DNA of 37,853 nt from NCBI GenBank assembly GCA_031416355.1, contig JANOTM010000151.1:1-37853 (forward strand). The letters run 5' to 3'. Source of the stretch: Gammaproteobacteria bacterium (GTDB taxonomy: Bacteria; Pseudomonadota; Gammaproteobacteria; Acidiferrobacterales; UBA6901). Shown here in pieces: positions 17,446-25,582 of the stretch. Numbering within the stretch: position 1 is the first letter of the stretch; each line of letters begins with the position of its first letter. The notes beneath the pieces were generated by a model, which did no database searches, was not told where the DNA came from, and saw only the letters and a list, made by a program, of their open reading frames with translations. A program made the position numbers and the translations under genes.

Positions 17446-18555
17446 ATGCGCGCCTTCGCGATGCCGTTGCCGGAGATGCGGAACCGCCGGGTTCCGGGTC
17501 GCGCGCCGCGGCGGACGGACAACAAGGTATCGCATCGCGTTACATCGATCATCCTGGCTGCCGCGCTCGCGGCAGTCGCCTGCGCCCCTTTGTCGCGGAC
17601 TGCGGCACTCCCCGACGCACCGCGCGCATGGCCCGAGCCGCCGGCCCCGGCGCGGATCGTCTACGTGCGCAGCTTCTCGCGCCCGCAGGATCTAGGCATT
17701 ACCAAGGGTTTGTTTCAGCGACTCGGCGAATTTTTTGTCGGGCGCGACGATGTACGTCTGGTCCGCCCCATGGCGGTCGTTGCGTGGGGCGACGACCTCG
17801 TATTCGTCGCCGATCCGGGCGCCAAGGGTGTGCACCGCTTCGATCTCGCCAAGGGCCGACACCATCTCATCCGCCGCGAAGGCGGTGCGCCGCTGCCCTC
17901 GCCGGTCGGTCTGGCGCTGGGCGTGCACGGAGAGGCCTATGTTACCGACTCCGCGCTCGGTCAGGTATTCGTCATTCGGCCCGGCGCGAAAGCGGCGGCG
18001 GCGCTCGCGCTCGCGGCCACGCTCGCGCAACCGACCGGTATTGCGCTCGATCCGGCGACCGGACGGCTCTACGTGGTCGATACCGCGAACCATGAGGTAA
18101 AGATATTTACGCCGGACGGCGCGTTGCACGCTACGTTCGGCCGACGCGGCACGGGCGACGGCGAGTTCAACTATCCGACAATGATCTGGCGCGACGTCGG
18201 CGGGCGGCTGTTCGTCGCCGATTCGCTCAACTTCCGCACCCAGATGTTCGACGCGGCCGGGAGACCGCTCGGCAAATTCGGCAAGCTCGGCGACGCGACC
18301 GGCGACCTGGCACGCCCGAAGGGCGTCGCCACCGACCGCTTCGGGCACGTGTACGTGGTCGATTCGATGTTTCATGCGCTGCAAGTTTTCGATACCGAAG
18401 GCCGACTCCTGCTCCACATCGGCAGCCAGGGGCGCGCGCCGGGCGAGTTCTGGCTGCCCACCGGCGTGTATGTCGGCGCGCAGGACAAAATCTACGTCGC
18501 CGATACACACAACCGGCGGGTGCAGGTGTTTCGCTACGTCGGGAGCGAGCCGTGA
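17446..18555 (+). CDS. NHL-repeat beta-propeller (lipo)protein (paralog 2)
   Basis: ATG 17446 lies 2 nt after the porin stop. The N-terminus ...ILAAALAAVAC has a lipobox-like Cys. PAPARIVYVRSF parallels PNPPRIQYLTTF of paralog 1. NHL blades include FNYPTMIWRDVGGRLFVADSLNFRTQMFD and LARPKGVATDRFGHVYVVDSMFHALQVFD. Confidence 0.85.
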   Translation: MRAFAMPLPEMRNRRVPGRAPRRTDNKVSHRVTSIILAAALAAVACAPLSRTAALPDAPRAWPEPPAPARIVYVRSFSRPQDLGITKGLFQRLGEFFVGRDDVRLVRPMAVVAWGDDLVFVADPGAKGVHRFDLAKGRHHLIRREGGAPLPSPVGLALGVHGEAYVTDSALGQVFVIRPGAKAAAALALAATLAQPTGIALDPATGRLYVVDTANHEVKIFTPDGALHATFGRRGTGDGEFNYPTMIWRDVGGRLFVADSLNFRTQMFDAAGRPLGKFGKLGDATGDLARPKGVATDRFGHVYVVDSMFHALQVFDTEGRLLLHIGSQGRAPGEFWLPTGVYVGAQDKIYVADTHNRRVQVFRYVGSEP

Positions 18556-20246
18556 ATCGGTACGCGCTGACGTGTGTCTCGTTGATTCTCGGTCTCGGCG
18601 TTCTTGCGGCCGCTGCCGACGTCGCGACGACGAAACACAATCTTTCCGTCAGCGGACCAGGGGCGATCAAGGCGACGGATGAATCGCAGATATGTGTCTT
18701 CTGCCATACGCCGCACAACGCACGTCCGATCTCGCCGCTATGGAACCGCCGCGATTCCGGCAGCACCTATGTTCCGTATACGAGCTCGACCGCGGTCGCT
18801 GTGCCGGGCCAACCGACGGGTTCTTCGGTACTCTGTCTGTCGTGCCACGACGGCACTATAGCGCTCGGTGAGGTACTGAGCCGCGCGACGTCGATCCCGA
18901 TGGCGGGCGGGACCACCACCTTGCCGACCGGTGCCGGGCGCCTCGGCACCGATTTGTCCGACGATCATCCGGTCTCGTTTGTGTACTCCGCCGGGCTCGC
19001 GAGCCAACGCGGCGAGCTCGTGAACCCGGCGACGCTCACCGGCGCCATCAAGTTGGATGCATCCGGGCAGCTCCAATGCACGAGCTGCCACAACGCGCAC
19101 GACGACATCTTTGGAAAATTTCTGGTGATGTCGAATCGTGGTTCGGGGTTGTGCCAGACTTGTCACACCAAGAATTTCTGGTCGCAGACCGCGCACCGGG
19201 CGTCGACCGCGATCTGGAACGGTGTCGGGCCGAATCCCTGGCCGCACACGCCATGGACCAATGTCGCGGACAACGCGTGTGAGAACTGCCATCGCCCGCA
19301 CATAGCCGGTGGCCGGCAGAGCCTGCTCAACTATCAAGTCGAGGAAACCAATTGCAGCGTGTGCCACGGCGGCAACGTCGCGCAGAAAAATGTCGCGGGC
19401 GAGTTCAACAAGAGCTCGAACCATCCCATCGCCGACACGACCGGCACGCACAGCCCATCGGAGCCGGCTGTGGTGAGCGCACGTCACGTCGAGTGCGCGG
19501 ACTGCCATAACCCGCACGCGGCGCGCGCCGCCGGGGCCGGCACGCCGCCCGGCTCGCTCGCGGGCGTGCGTGGTGTCGGCATCACCGGGGCCGAGGTGAA
19601 CCCGGTGACGCATGAATATCAACTATGTTTCCGCTGCCACGCCGACAGTCCCAACAAACCTCCGCCGCGCACCACGCGCCAGATCGCGCAGACCAACGTG
19701 CGTCTCGAGTTCGCCACGACCAATCCGTCGTACCATCCGGTCGCCGGCCCCGGCCGCAATGCGAACGTGCCGAGCTTGATGGCGCCGCTCACCACTGCGA
19801 GCACCATCGGTTGCGGCGACTGCCACAACAACAACGCCGCGCCGAAGGCCGGCGGCGTCGGACCGAACGGTCCGCACGGCTCGATCTACGCGCCGTTATT
19901 GGTGCGGCAATACGTGACCGTCGACAACTCCGCCGAGAGCAGCTCCGCCTATGCGCTGTGCTACTCCTGCCATAGTCGCGACAGCGTTCTCGGCGACCAG
20001 AGTTTCCGTGAACACCGCAAGCATATCGTCGGGGAACGCACGCCGTGCAACGTCTGCCACGATCCGCACGGCATCAGCGGCAGCCAGGGCAACAGCGAGA
20101 ACAACACCAAGCTCATCAACTTCGATACCTCGGTGGTCCGCCCCAGCTCCTCCGGGTTGCTGCGATTCGAGTCGTCCGGGACGTTCACCGGGCGCTGCTA
20201 TCTCATGTGCCATGGTGAGAATCACGACCCCAAACCATCGAGGTAG
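18552..20246 (+). CDS. undecahaem c-type cytochrome (11 CXXCH plus 1 CX3CH), exported
   Basis: 564 aa with a GTG start overlapping the upstream stop by 4 nt, GGGAG about 7 nt upstream, and signal peptide SLILGLGVLAAAA. I counted 11 CXXCH plus CYLMCH. The first roughly 205 aa are colinear with the 226-aa tetrahaem protein. Confidence 0.9.
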   Translation: MNRYALTCVSLILGLGVLAAAADVATTKHNLSVSGPGAIKATDESQICVFCHTPHNARPISPLWNRRDSGSTYVPYTSSTAVAVPGQPTGSSVLCLSCHDGTIALGEVLSRATSIPMAGGTTTLPTGAGRLGTDLSDDHPVSFVYSAGLASQRGELVNPATLTGAIKLDASGQLQCTSCHNAHDDIFGKFLVMSNRGSGLCQTCHTKNFWSQTAHRASTAIWNGVGPNPWPHTPWTNVADNACENCHRPHIAGGRQSLLNYQVEETNCSVCHGGNVAQKNVAGEFNKSSNHPIADTTGTHSPSEPAVVSARHVECADCHNPHAARAAGAGTPPGSLAGVRGVGITGAEVNPVTHEYQLCFRCHADSPNKPPPRTTRQIAQTNVRLEFATTNPSYHPVAGPGRNANVPSLMAPLTTASTIGCGDCHNNNAAPKAGGVGPNGPHGSIYAPLLVRQYVTVDNSAESSSAYALCYSCHSRDSVLGDQSFREHRKHIVGERTPCNVCHDPHGISGSQGNSENNTKLINFDTSVVRPSSSGLLRFESSGTFTGRCYLMCHGENHDPKPSR

Positions 20247-20285
20247 AGTAGTGGGAGGCGAGACTAGATATGGGCGCCTCGTTGT

Positions 20286-20299
20286 TTGATCTGGATCAA
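20286..20299. promoter_or_regulatory. perfect FNR/ANR/FixK-type box TTGAT-CTGG-ATCAA inside the cluster
   Basis: Exact consensus match in the spacer between the 11-haem and 8-haem genes. It is preceded by a 6-bp hairpin (gaggcg/cgcctc, 20255-20280) and GTTGTTT. Confidence 0.55.
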
Positions 20300-20328
20300 A
20301 GGCAGTGCATGAGGATAGGTGCAAGGTA

Positions 20329-21366
20329 ATGGTATGCGGACCGGCTCGACGGTACGGGCGTGCGGGCGGCGCGGGTGCGCGCGGGACGATCGCCTGGGTC
20401 GCCGGCGTTGCGATGCTGTTGGCGGCGGGTACGGGCCTGCCGGCGCAGGAGAAGCGGGCGATGCCGAATGTCGATGAAAAACAACTGCTCGATCAGCCGC
20501 AGCGCATTCCCGCGCTGCTCGCGCAGCAGGCGTTGCGCGTCGAGCAGGTGCCGAACCCGCACTGGCGACGCGACGCGTGCCAGGCGTGTCACAGCGGACC
20601 GGCGACCCGGGCGGCGGTCAAGCTGCGCGACGTGGACGTGAACCGCTCGTGCAACACCTGCCATGACGCGGTATGGCCGCATAGTTACATTCACCCGGCC
20701 GGCATGAAGCCGGCGGAGGACATGCAGCGGCGCATGTCCGAGACGTTTCGCCAGTCGCTCAGGCGCGGCGCCGGCACGGTTACCTGCGCCACTTGCCACG
20801 ATGTGCCGATGCAATGCCTGCCGGAGCGCGTGCGCGAACGCGCGCTCAATCCGCTGTTCCTTCGCGGCGGGCCGTACAAGGCGCGCACCGGCATCTGTTA
20901 CCAGTGCCACGATCCAAAACAGTACGAGCGCCTGAACCCGCACGACCAGGTTGCCGACGACGGCGCGATGCGCGAGAACCTATGCCTCGTATGTCACCGC
21001 GACACCCAGGGACTGAAGGACATGCGCGCGAGCGCCGGCCTGCGCTTCGTTACCGACGACCTGTCGGCGCTTTGCACCGGTTGTCACAAGTCGATTCCGC
21101 ATCCGGGCGGCGTTTCATTCTCGGGCAAAGCCGGCCCGAGTCATTTTGTGGCGCCGTCGAAGGCAGTGGCGGCACGCATGAAGCGGGCGGAACGCCTATA
21201 CGAGATTTCCTTGCCCCTAGACCCCGGGACCGGCAAGGTGTACTGCGCCACCTGTCACAACCCGCACGAACGCGGCGTAGTGCTGCGCACGGCTGCGGCC
21301 AAGGGCGCCGACAGCAAGGATCGATTGCGTACCTCCGACATCTGTGCGATGTGTCATGAAAAATAG
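20329..21366 (+). CDS. octahaem c-type cytochrome, exported
   Basis: The ORF opens at GTG 20305 and the first ATG is at 20329. The signal region is GTIAWVAGVAMLLAAGTG. Eight CXXCH motifs are present (CQACH, CNTCH, CATCH, CYQCH, CLVCH, CTGCH, CATCH, CAMCH). Confidence 0.88.
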   Translation: MVCGPARRYGRAGGAGARGTIAWVAGVAMLLAAGTGLPAQEKRAMPNVDEKQLLDQPQRIPALLAQQALRVEQVPNPHWRRDACQACHSGPATRAAVKLRDVDVNRSCNTCHDAVWPHSYIHPAGMKPAEDMQRRMSETFRQSLRRGAGTVTCATCHDVPMQCLPERVRERALNPLFLRGGPYKARTGICYQCHDPKQYERLNPHDQVADDGAMRENLCLVCHRDTQGLKDMRASAGLRFVTDDLSALCTGCHKSIPHPGGVSFSGKAGPSHFVAPSKAVAARMKRAERLYEISLPLDPGTGKVYCATCHNPHERGVVLRTAAAKGADSKDRLRTSDICAMCHEK

Positions 21367-22477
21367 GCAATCCAACGTAGGGCGGCGCGCGCTTTTCGGA
21401 CTGGCGCTGTTCCTGCTCGCGAGTGCCGGCGCGCGCGCGTTCGAAGACAGCGAAGGTTGTCTGGTATGCCACAAGTACCCGCGCATGGGGCGCATCACCG
21501 AGGACGGGGTGCTGCGGTCCTATTACATCCAGCCGCAGGTCTACGGCAAGACGGTGCACCGTAACGTACCGTGCCGCGACTGCCACACCGAGATCAAGGA
21601 GCTGCCACATAAGCCGGTGAAGGTCGGCGTCACCTGCAACACCGAATGCCATTCGATCAAGAACCCGGCGACCGGCAAACCGTTCAGCCACAAGCCGATC
21701 TACGACGTCTACCGCGCGAGCATCCACGGGCGCGACAAACTCGCCACCGGTCTCGACGCGGACAAGCCGTATTGCGTGACATGTCACACCAATCCGCTGT
21801 ACAACCCGGCGGAAAACGAACCACCGAAACAGATCGTCGCGCGCTGCGTGATTTGCCATGAGGACAAGGACTTCGTCACGCGTTGGTACAATCATACCAG
21901 CCGGCGCATTCGCGAGGTGCGGCGTACACCGGGCGAGATCGTGGCGTTGTGTTCCACCTGTCACGACGACCGGAAGATGGTCGCGCGCCACGTGCAGGCG
22001 GCGAAGGCCGATGGGCGCGCGCTCGGGCGCAAGTTTGCCTATGCCGTCGATTCGTATTACGAAAGCTTTCACGGCAAGATGACCCGCTATGGGTTTACCG
22101 CGGCCGCCAACTGTCTCGATTGCCACGCCGATGCCGCCAACTATTTCAAGGGCGTGCACGAGATCCGCCCGTCGCGCGATCCGGCCTCGCCGGTGCACGC
22201 CGACCAGCGCCTGCGGACGTGCCAGCGCTGCCACACGTCTGCCGATGAGAACTACGCGCGGCTCGATCCGCACCCCACCAGCCTGCGCGCGGACAATCCG
22301 TTCCGCTACTACGCCGAGTGGATTTACAACGTCATCGGCGCCGTCGTGATCACCGGCCTCGTCGGTCTAGCGCTGTTCGAGACCTACAGGCGGCGGCGTG
22401 ACGGTGTGGCGTGGCTGCTGCGCCACGGTTCCTCGTGGCGGCGCAAAAGCCGGCGCGGGCGGGACCGGATTAAGTGA
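21356..22477 (+). CDS. heptahaem c-type cytochrome (7 CXXCH plus 1 CX3CH) with C-terminal membrane anchor
   Basis: ATG 21356 (MKNRQSNVGRRALFGLALFLLASAGARA) overlaps the upstream gene by 11 nt. Seven CXXCH plus CNTECH are present. The C-terminal TM WIYNVIGAVVITGLVGLALF is followed by RRRRD. Confidence 0.88.
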   Translation: MKNRQSNVGRRALFGLALFLLASAGARAFEDSEGCLVCHKYPRMGRITEDGVLRSYYIQPQVYGKTVHRNVPCRDCHTEIKELPHKPVKVGVTCNTECHSIKNPATGKPFSHKPIYDVYRASIHGRDKLATGLDADKPYCVTCHTNPLYNPAENEPPKQIVARCVICHEDKDFVTRWYNHTSRRIREVRRTPGEIVALCSTCHDDRKMVARHVQAAKADGRALGRKFAYAVDSYYESFHGKMTRYGFTAAANCLDCHADAANYFKGVHEIRPSRDPASPVHADQRLRTCQRCHTSADENYARLDPHPTSLRADNPFRYYAEWIYNVIGAVVITGLVGLALFETYRRRRDGVAWLLRHGSSWRRKSRRGRDRIK

Positions 22478-22519
22478 GCAGGCCAGAATGGCCCCAATGA
22501 AAACGAAGGTGACGACACG

Positions 22520-23449
22520 ATGAAATTATCCAAGCCCGCGCGCGATGTCCTCGAAACCTCGCTGCGTCAGAATCGAATCGACGCGCGCGAGCGCAAGGAA
22601 ATCGAGGCGCTCATCGCGCTTCTGCCCGCGGACCGCGTGCTGTTCTACAAGAACGTGGTGTCGAATCCGCTCGGCGATCTGTACCGCTATTCTATCCACA
22701 TCCGCATCCAGCACATGCTGATCTTCGTCACGTTCCTCACGCTCGCCTTCACCGGCCTGCCGATCCACTTCTTCGACTCGTTCTGGGCCGGGCCGCTCAA
22801 CGCACTGCTCGGCGGTGTGAGCGTCACCCGCATCATTCACCGTACCATCGCCGTCATCATGATTCTGGCGATGGCCTACCACATCCTCACCCTCACGCTC
22901 GGAACGCTCGCGCGCCTCAAGGCCGGCACCTTCGATCTCCGCCGCACCATCGTGCCGCTGCCGAAGGATATCCGCGACTTCAAGGAGGACCTCTTGTATT
23001 TCTCGGGCAAGCGCGGCCAGCGTCCGGAGATGGATAAATTCAATTACAAGCAGAAGATCCACTACTTCGCCGCCGGTTTCGGCAACACCGTGATGGTGGT
23101 GTCGGGCTCGACCTTCCTGTTTCCCGAATTGTGGGCGGCGATGCTGCCGGCCGGCATGGTGGCGCATTGGCAGGAGCTGATGCGCCTGTCGCACCCGCAC
23201 GAGGCGTTGTTGGCGCTGCTCGTGATCGCCTTCTGGCATTGGTACAATGTGCACCTCGCGCCCGGACGCTTCCCAATGCAATGGACGTTCCTCACCGGCA
23301 AGATCACGCGCGAGCACCAAATCGAGGAACATTTCCTGGAGTATCTGCGCAACCTGGTGGAACAACCGCAGGAGCGGCAGGCGCTGCTGGGCATGCTGGA
23401 GAGCCGCGAACTGGCGGGCGGGCCCCCCGCCGACGAGGGCGTACCATGA
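22520..23449 (+). CDS. membrane b-type cytochrome, FdnI/HydC/PhsC-like (Ni_hydr_CYTB type)
   Basis: 309 aa with four predicted TM helices. Conserved His residues are placed as in dihaem cytochrome b subunits (RIQHML, IIHRTIAVIMILAMAYH, KIHYF, HPHEALLALLVIAFWHWYNVH). SD AAGGTG is upstream. Confidence 0.75.
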   Translation: MKLSKPARDVLETSLRQNRIDARERKEIEALIALLPADRVLFYKNVVSNPLGDLYRYSIHIRIQHMLIFVTFLTLAFTGLPIHFFDSFWAGPLNALLGGVSVTRIIHRTIAVIMILAMAYHILTLTLGTLARLKAGTFDLRRTIVPLPKDIRDFKEDLLYFSGKRGQRPEMDKFNYKQKIHYFAAGFGNTVMVVSGSTFLFPELWAAMLPAGMVAHWQELMRLSHPHEALLALLVIAFWHWYNVHLAPGRFPMQWTFLTGKITREHQIEEHFLEYLRNLVEQPQERQALLGMLESRELAGGPPADEGVP

Positions 23450-23571
23450 TCAAGCCCATGACACCATGGCAGAAGGCGATCGCCTACGGGGCGCTGGTGG
23501 TCATGCTCATCTGGACCGCGCTCGGCATGCTCGCGGTCTGGCTCATGCTCACCGATCCACACGGGCACTGA
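23446..23571 (+). CDS. 41-aa single-TM peptide, translationally coupled to cytochrome b
   Basis: My own reading: the ATG overlaps the cytochrome b stop as ATGA. The sequence is MIKPMTPWQKAIAYGALVVMLIWTALGMLAVWLMLTDPHGH, with one clear TM helix. It fills the gap up to the next SD. Confidence 0.5.
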   Translation: MIKPMTPWQKAIAYGALVVMLIWTALGMLAVWLMLTDPHGH

Positions 23572-23583
23572 AGGGAGACGCGC

Positions 23584-24660
23584 ATGCACGGCAACGAAAC
23601 GCTCGGCGTACTGGTAATCGTGACGGTGCTGCTATTTTTCGGCCTCGGCATTGCGATGATGGTCATCATGGACCACAAGGCGCGGTTGCCCGGGGGCTTC
23701 ACCGAGAATCCGTTCAGCGTCGTCGGCATGCATCGCGACCACCCGGTAATCGCGTTCCTGACCGCGGCCATCCTGCTTAGCGTCATCGCAGCGCTGCTGC
23801 TGGCGCTGTTCGGTGCGTTGGCCGGGACGTTCGGGTTATTCCAGGCGCCGGCGCCGCCGGCGCTGCTCAGCCGCCTGAGCGAGGAGCGCACCGCCGAGCG
23901 GCTGCGCCATTTTCACAATATGCCAGCGCAGGACCTGACGGCGCTGGGCAAAAAAAACGTGTGCTTCTTCTGCCACGGCGACTATCCGCATTCGAAGGAG
24001 CCGATGGTGCGCACGCTGCTCAACATGCATACGCAGTTCATCGGCTGCATGACGTGTCACGCCAGCGAGCGCAAGTTGCCGGAAGATCGATTGCGGCTCG
24101 CGTGGCTTAATTACTCGGGACTGGCGGTGACGGGCCGGCCGTACGGCATCGACATCGATCCCGCCACCGGCATGCTGATCGAGACGGACGATTTGTATTC
24201 CAAGATCGTCGCCTACGCCCAAACAGGGACGACCGAGACACTGCTTGAAATCACCGCCGATGACCCGCAAGCGCGGGAATTCGTGGCGCTACAGAGTAAG
24301 CTTTCTGACCATGACCGCGAGGCGGTCAAAAAAACCTTCCACAAGCAGGTGGGCGCCAACGGCCGGTCTTGCGGCCGCTGCCATGCGAACGAGGCCAAGA
24401 GCTACGTGCCGTTCCGCGCACTCGGTTTTTCCGAGCGGCGAGTTCGCGAGCTGACTCAACTCAACATCATCGGACTCGTGCAAAACTATCGGGAGTTCTA
24501 TCTTCCGAGCTTGATGAAATCGGGCCATGCGCCGTCGGAAGAGGCCGGCGCACCGGCGCCGGCAGGCCCCGCGGCCGAGGACGTCCTGCGCAACGACCCG
24601 CGCGGGTGGTGGAAGCGAACCTATGACGCACCGACTGAACCAGCGAAAGACAAGCCATAA
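23584..24660 (+). CDS. membrane-anchored trihaem c-type cytochrome
   Basis: 358 aa. SD AAGGGAG lies 6 nt before the ATG. There are two N-terminal TM helices and three CXXCH motifs (CFFCH, CMTCH, CGRCH). Confidence 0.85.
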   Translation: MHGNETLGVLVIVTVLLFFGLGIAMMVIMDHKARLPGGFTENPFSVVGMHRDHPVIAFLTAAILLSVIAALLLALFGALAGTFGLFQAPAPPALLSRLSEERTAERLRHFHNMPAQDLTALGKKNVCFFCHGDYPHSKEPMVRTLLNMHTQFIGCMTCHASERKLPEDRLRLAWLNYSGLAVTGRPYGIDIDPATGMLIETDDLYSKIVAYAQTGTTETLLEITADDPQAREFVALQSKLSDHDREAVKKTFHKQVGANGRSCGRCHANEAKSYVPFRALGFSERRVRELTQLNIIGLVQNYREFYLPSLMKSGHAPSEEAGAPAPAGPAAEDVLRNDPRGWWKRTYDAPTEPAKDKP

Positions 24661-25582
24661 TGGCACGTGTGCCGCGCTCGCGTGCCTGCTGGCGGCGACG
24701 TTGGGTCACGCGGCCTTCGCCGCCCCGCCCATTCCTACGCGCGACATCCGGCACGTGCATAACCTCACGACCGCGGGCGGCGTGCCGCTGTCGCTGCCAA
24801 CCGACGTCGCCATCGGCCGCGACGGCCGAATTTACGTAGTCGACAGCGGCAATCACCGGCTGGTCGCGTTCGACCGCGGCGGGCGCTTTCTTTTCAGTGT
24901 CGGCCAGCCGGGCAAAGGACGTGGACAGTTCAAGGACCCGGTCGGCATCGGCACCGGGTCGGACGGCGCAGTGTACGTCGCCGACAAAGGCAATCAGCGC
25001 ATTCAGGTATTTGAACCAGACGGTGCGTTGCGTCATGTCTTCCCCGTAGCGTACGCCGGCAAGCCGGTGTCGCCGGTCGACGTCGCTGTCGATGCCGCCG
25101 GCAAAACGCTTTACGTCACCGGCAACAGCAACCACCGTGTCATGGCCTATACCCCGGGTGGACGGTTTCTGCGTCAGTGGGGCGGAGAGGGCGTGAATCG
25201 CGGCGAATTCCGTTATCCCGCGACGGTGGCGGTGAACGCCGAGGGCTCGGTGTTCGTGGTGGATGTGTTCAACACGCGGGTGCAGGTATTTGATCGTGGC
25301 GGGCGCGTTTATGCGGTGGGTGAGTGGGGCGTACTGCCCGGCCAGTTGTTCCGGCCCAAGGGCGTCGCGCTCGATAGGAACGGACGGATTTACGTCAGCG
25401 ACAGCTACCTCGATGTGGTCCAGGTGTTCGATAACGAATACCGGTTCCTGGCCGTGCTAGGGCGCGGCGGCAGACCGCAGCGCTTGACCTCGCCGGCCGG
25501 TATCACGATCGATGGTAGTGACCGGTTGTATATCTCCGAGATGCTGAAACACCAGGTCTCAGTGTACGAGTTGCGGCCATGA
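24623..25582 (+). CDS. NHL-repeat beta-propeller protein (paralog 3), exported
   Basis: The ORF opens at 24527. The signal peptide begins at ATG 24623 (MTHRLNQRKTSHNGTCAALACLLAATLGHAAFA). NHL blades include LPTDVAIGRDGRIYVVDSGNHRLVAFD, FRYPATVAVNAEGSVFVVDVFNTRVQVFD and LFRPKGVALDRNGRIYVSDSYLDVVQVFD. Confidence 0.85.
   Translation: MTHRLNQRKTSHNGTCAALACLLAATLGHAAFAAPPIPTRDIRHVHNLTTAGGVPLSLPTDVAIGRDGRIYVVDSGNHRLVAFDRGGRFLFSVGQPGKGRGQFKDPVGIGTGSDGAVYVADKGNQRIQVFEPDGALRHVFPVAYAGKPVSPVDVAVDAAGKTLYVTGNSNHRVMAYTPGGRFLRQWGGEGVNRGEFRYPATVAVNAEGSVFVVDVFNTRVQVFDRGGRVYAVGEWGVLPGQLFRPKGVALDRNGRIYVSDSYLDVVQVFDNEYRFLAVLGRGGRPQRLTSPAGITIDGSDRLYISEMLKHQVSVYELRP

Noticed and set aside
21380-21400. A twin-arginine-like motif (VGRRALFGL) in the signal peptide of the heptahaem cytochrome, suggesting Tat export.
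   Set aside because: Multihaem c-type cytochromes receive haem in the periplasm and are Sec substrates. The motif lacks the usual S/T-R-R-x-F-L-K context, so I treat it as coincidental.
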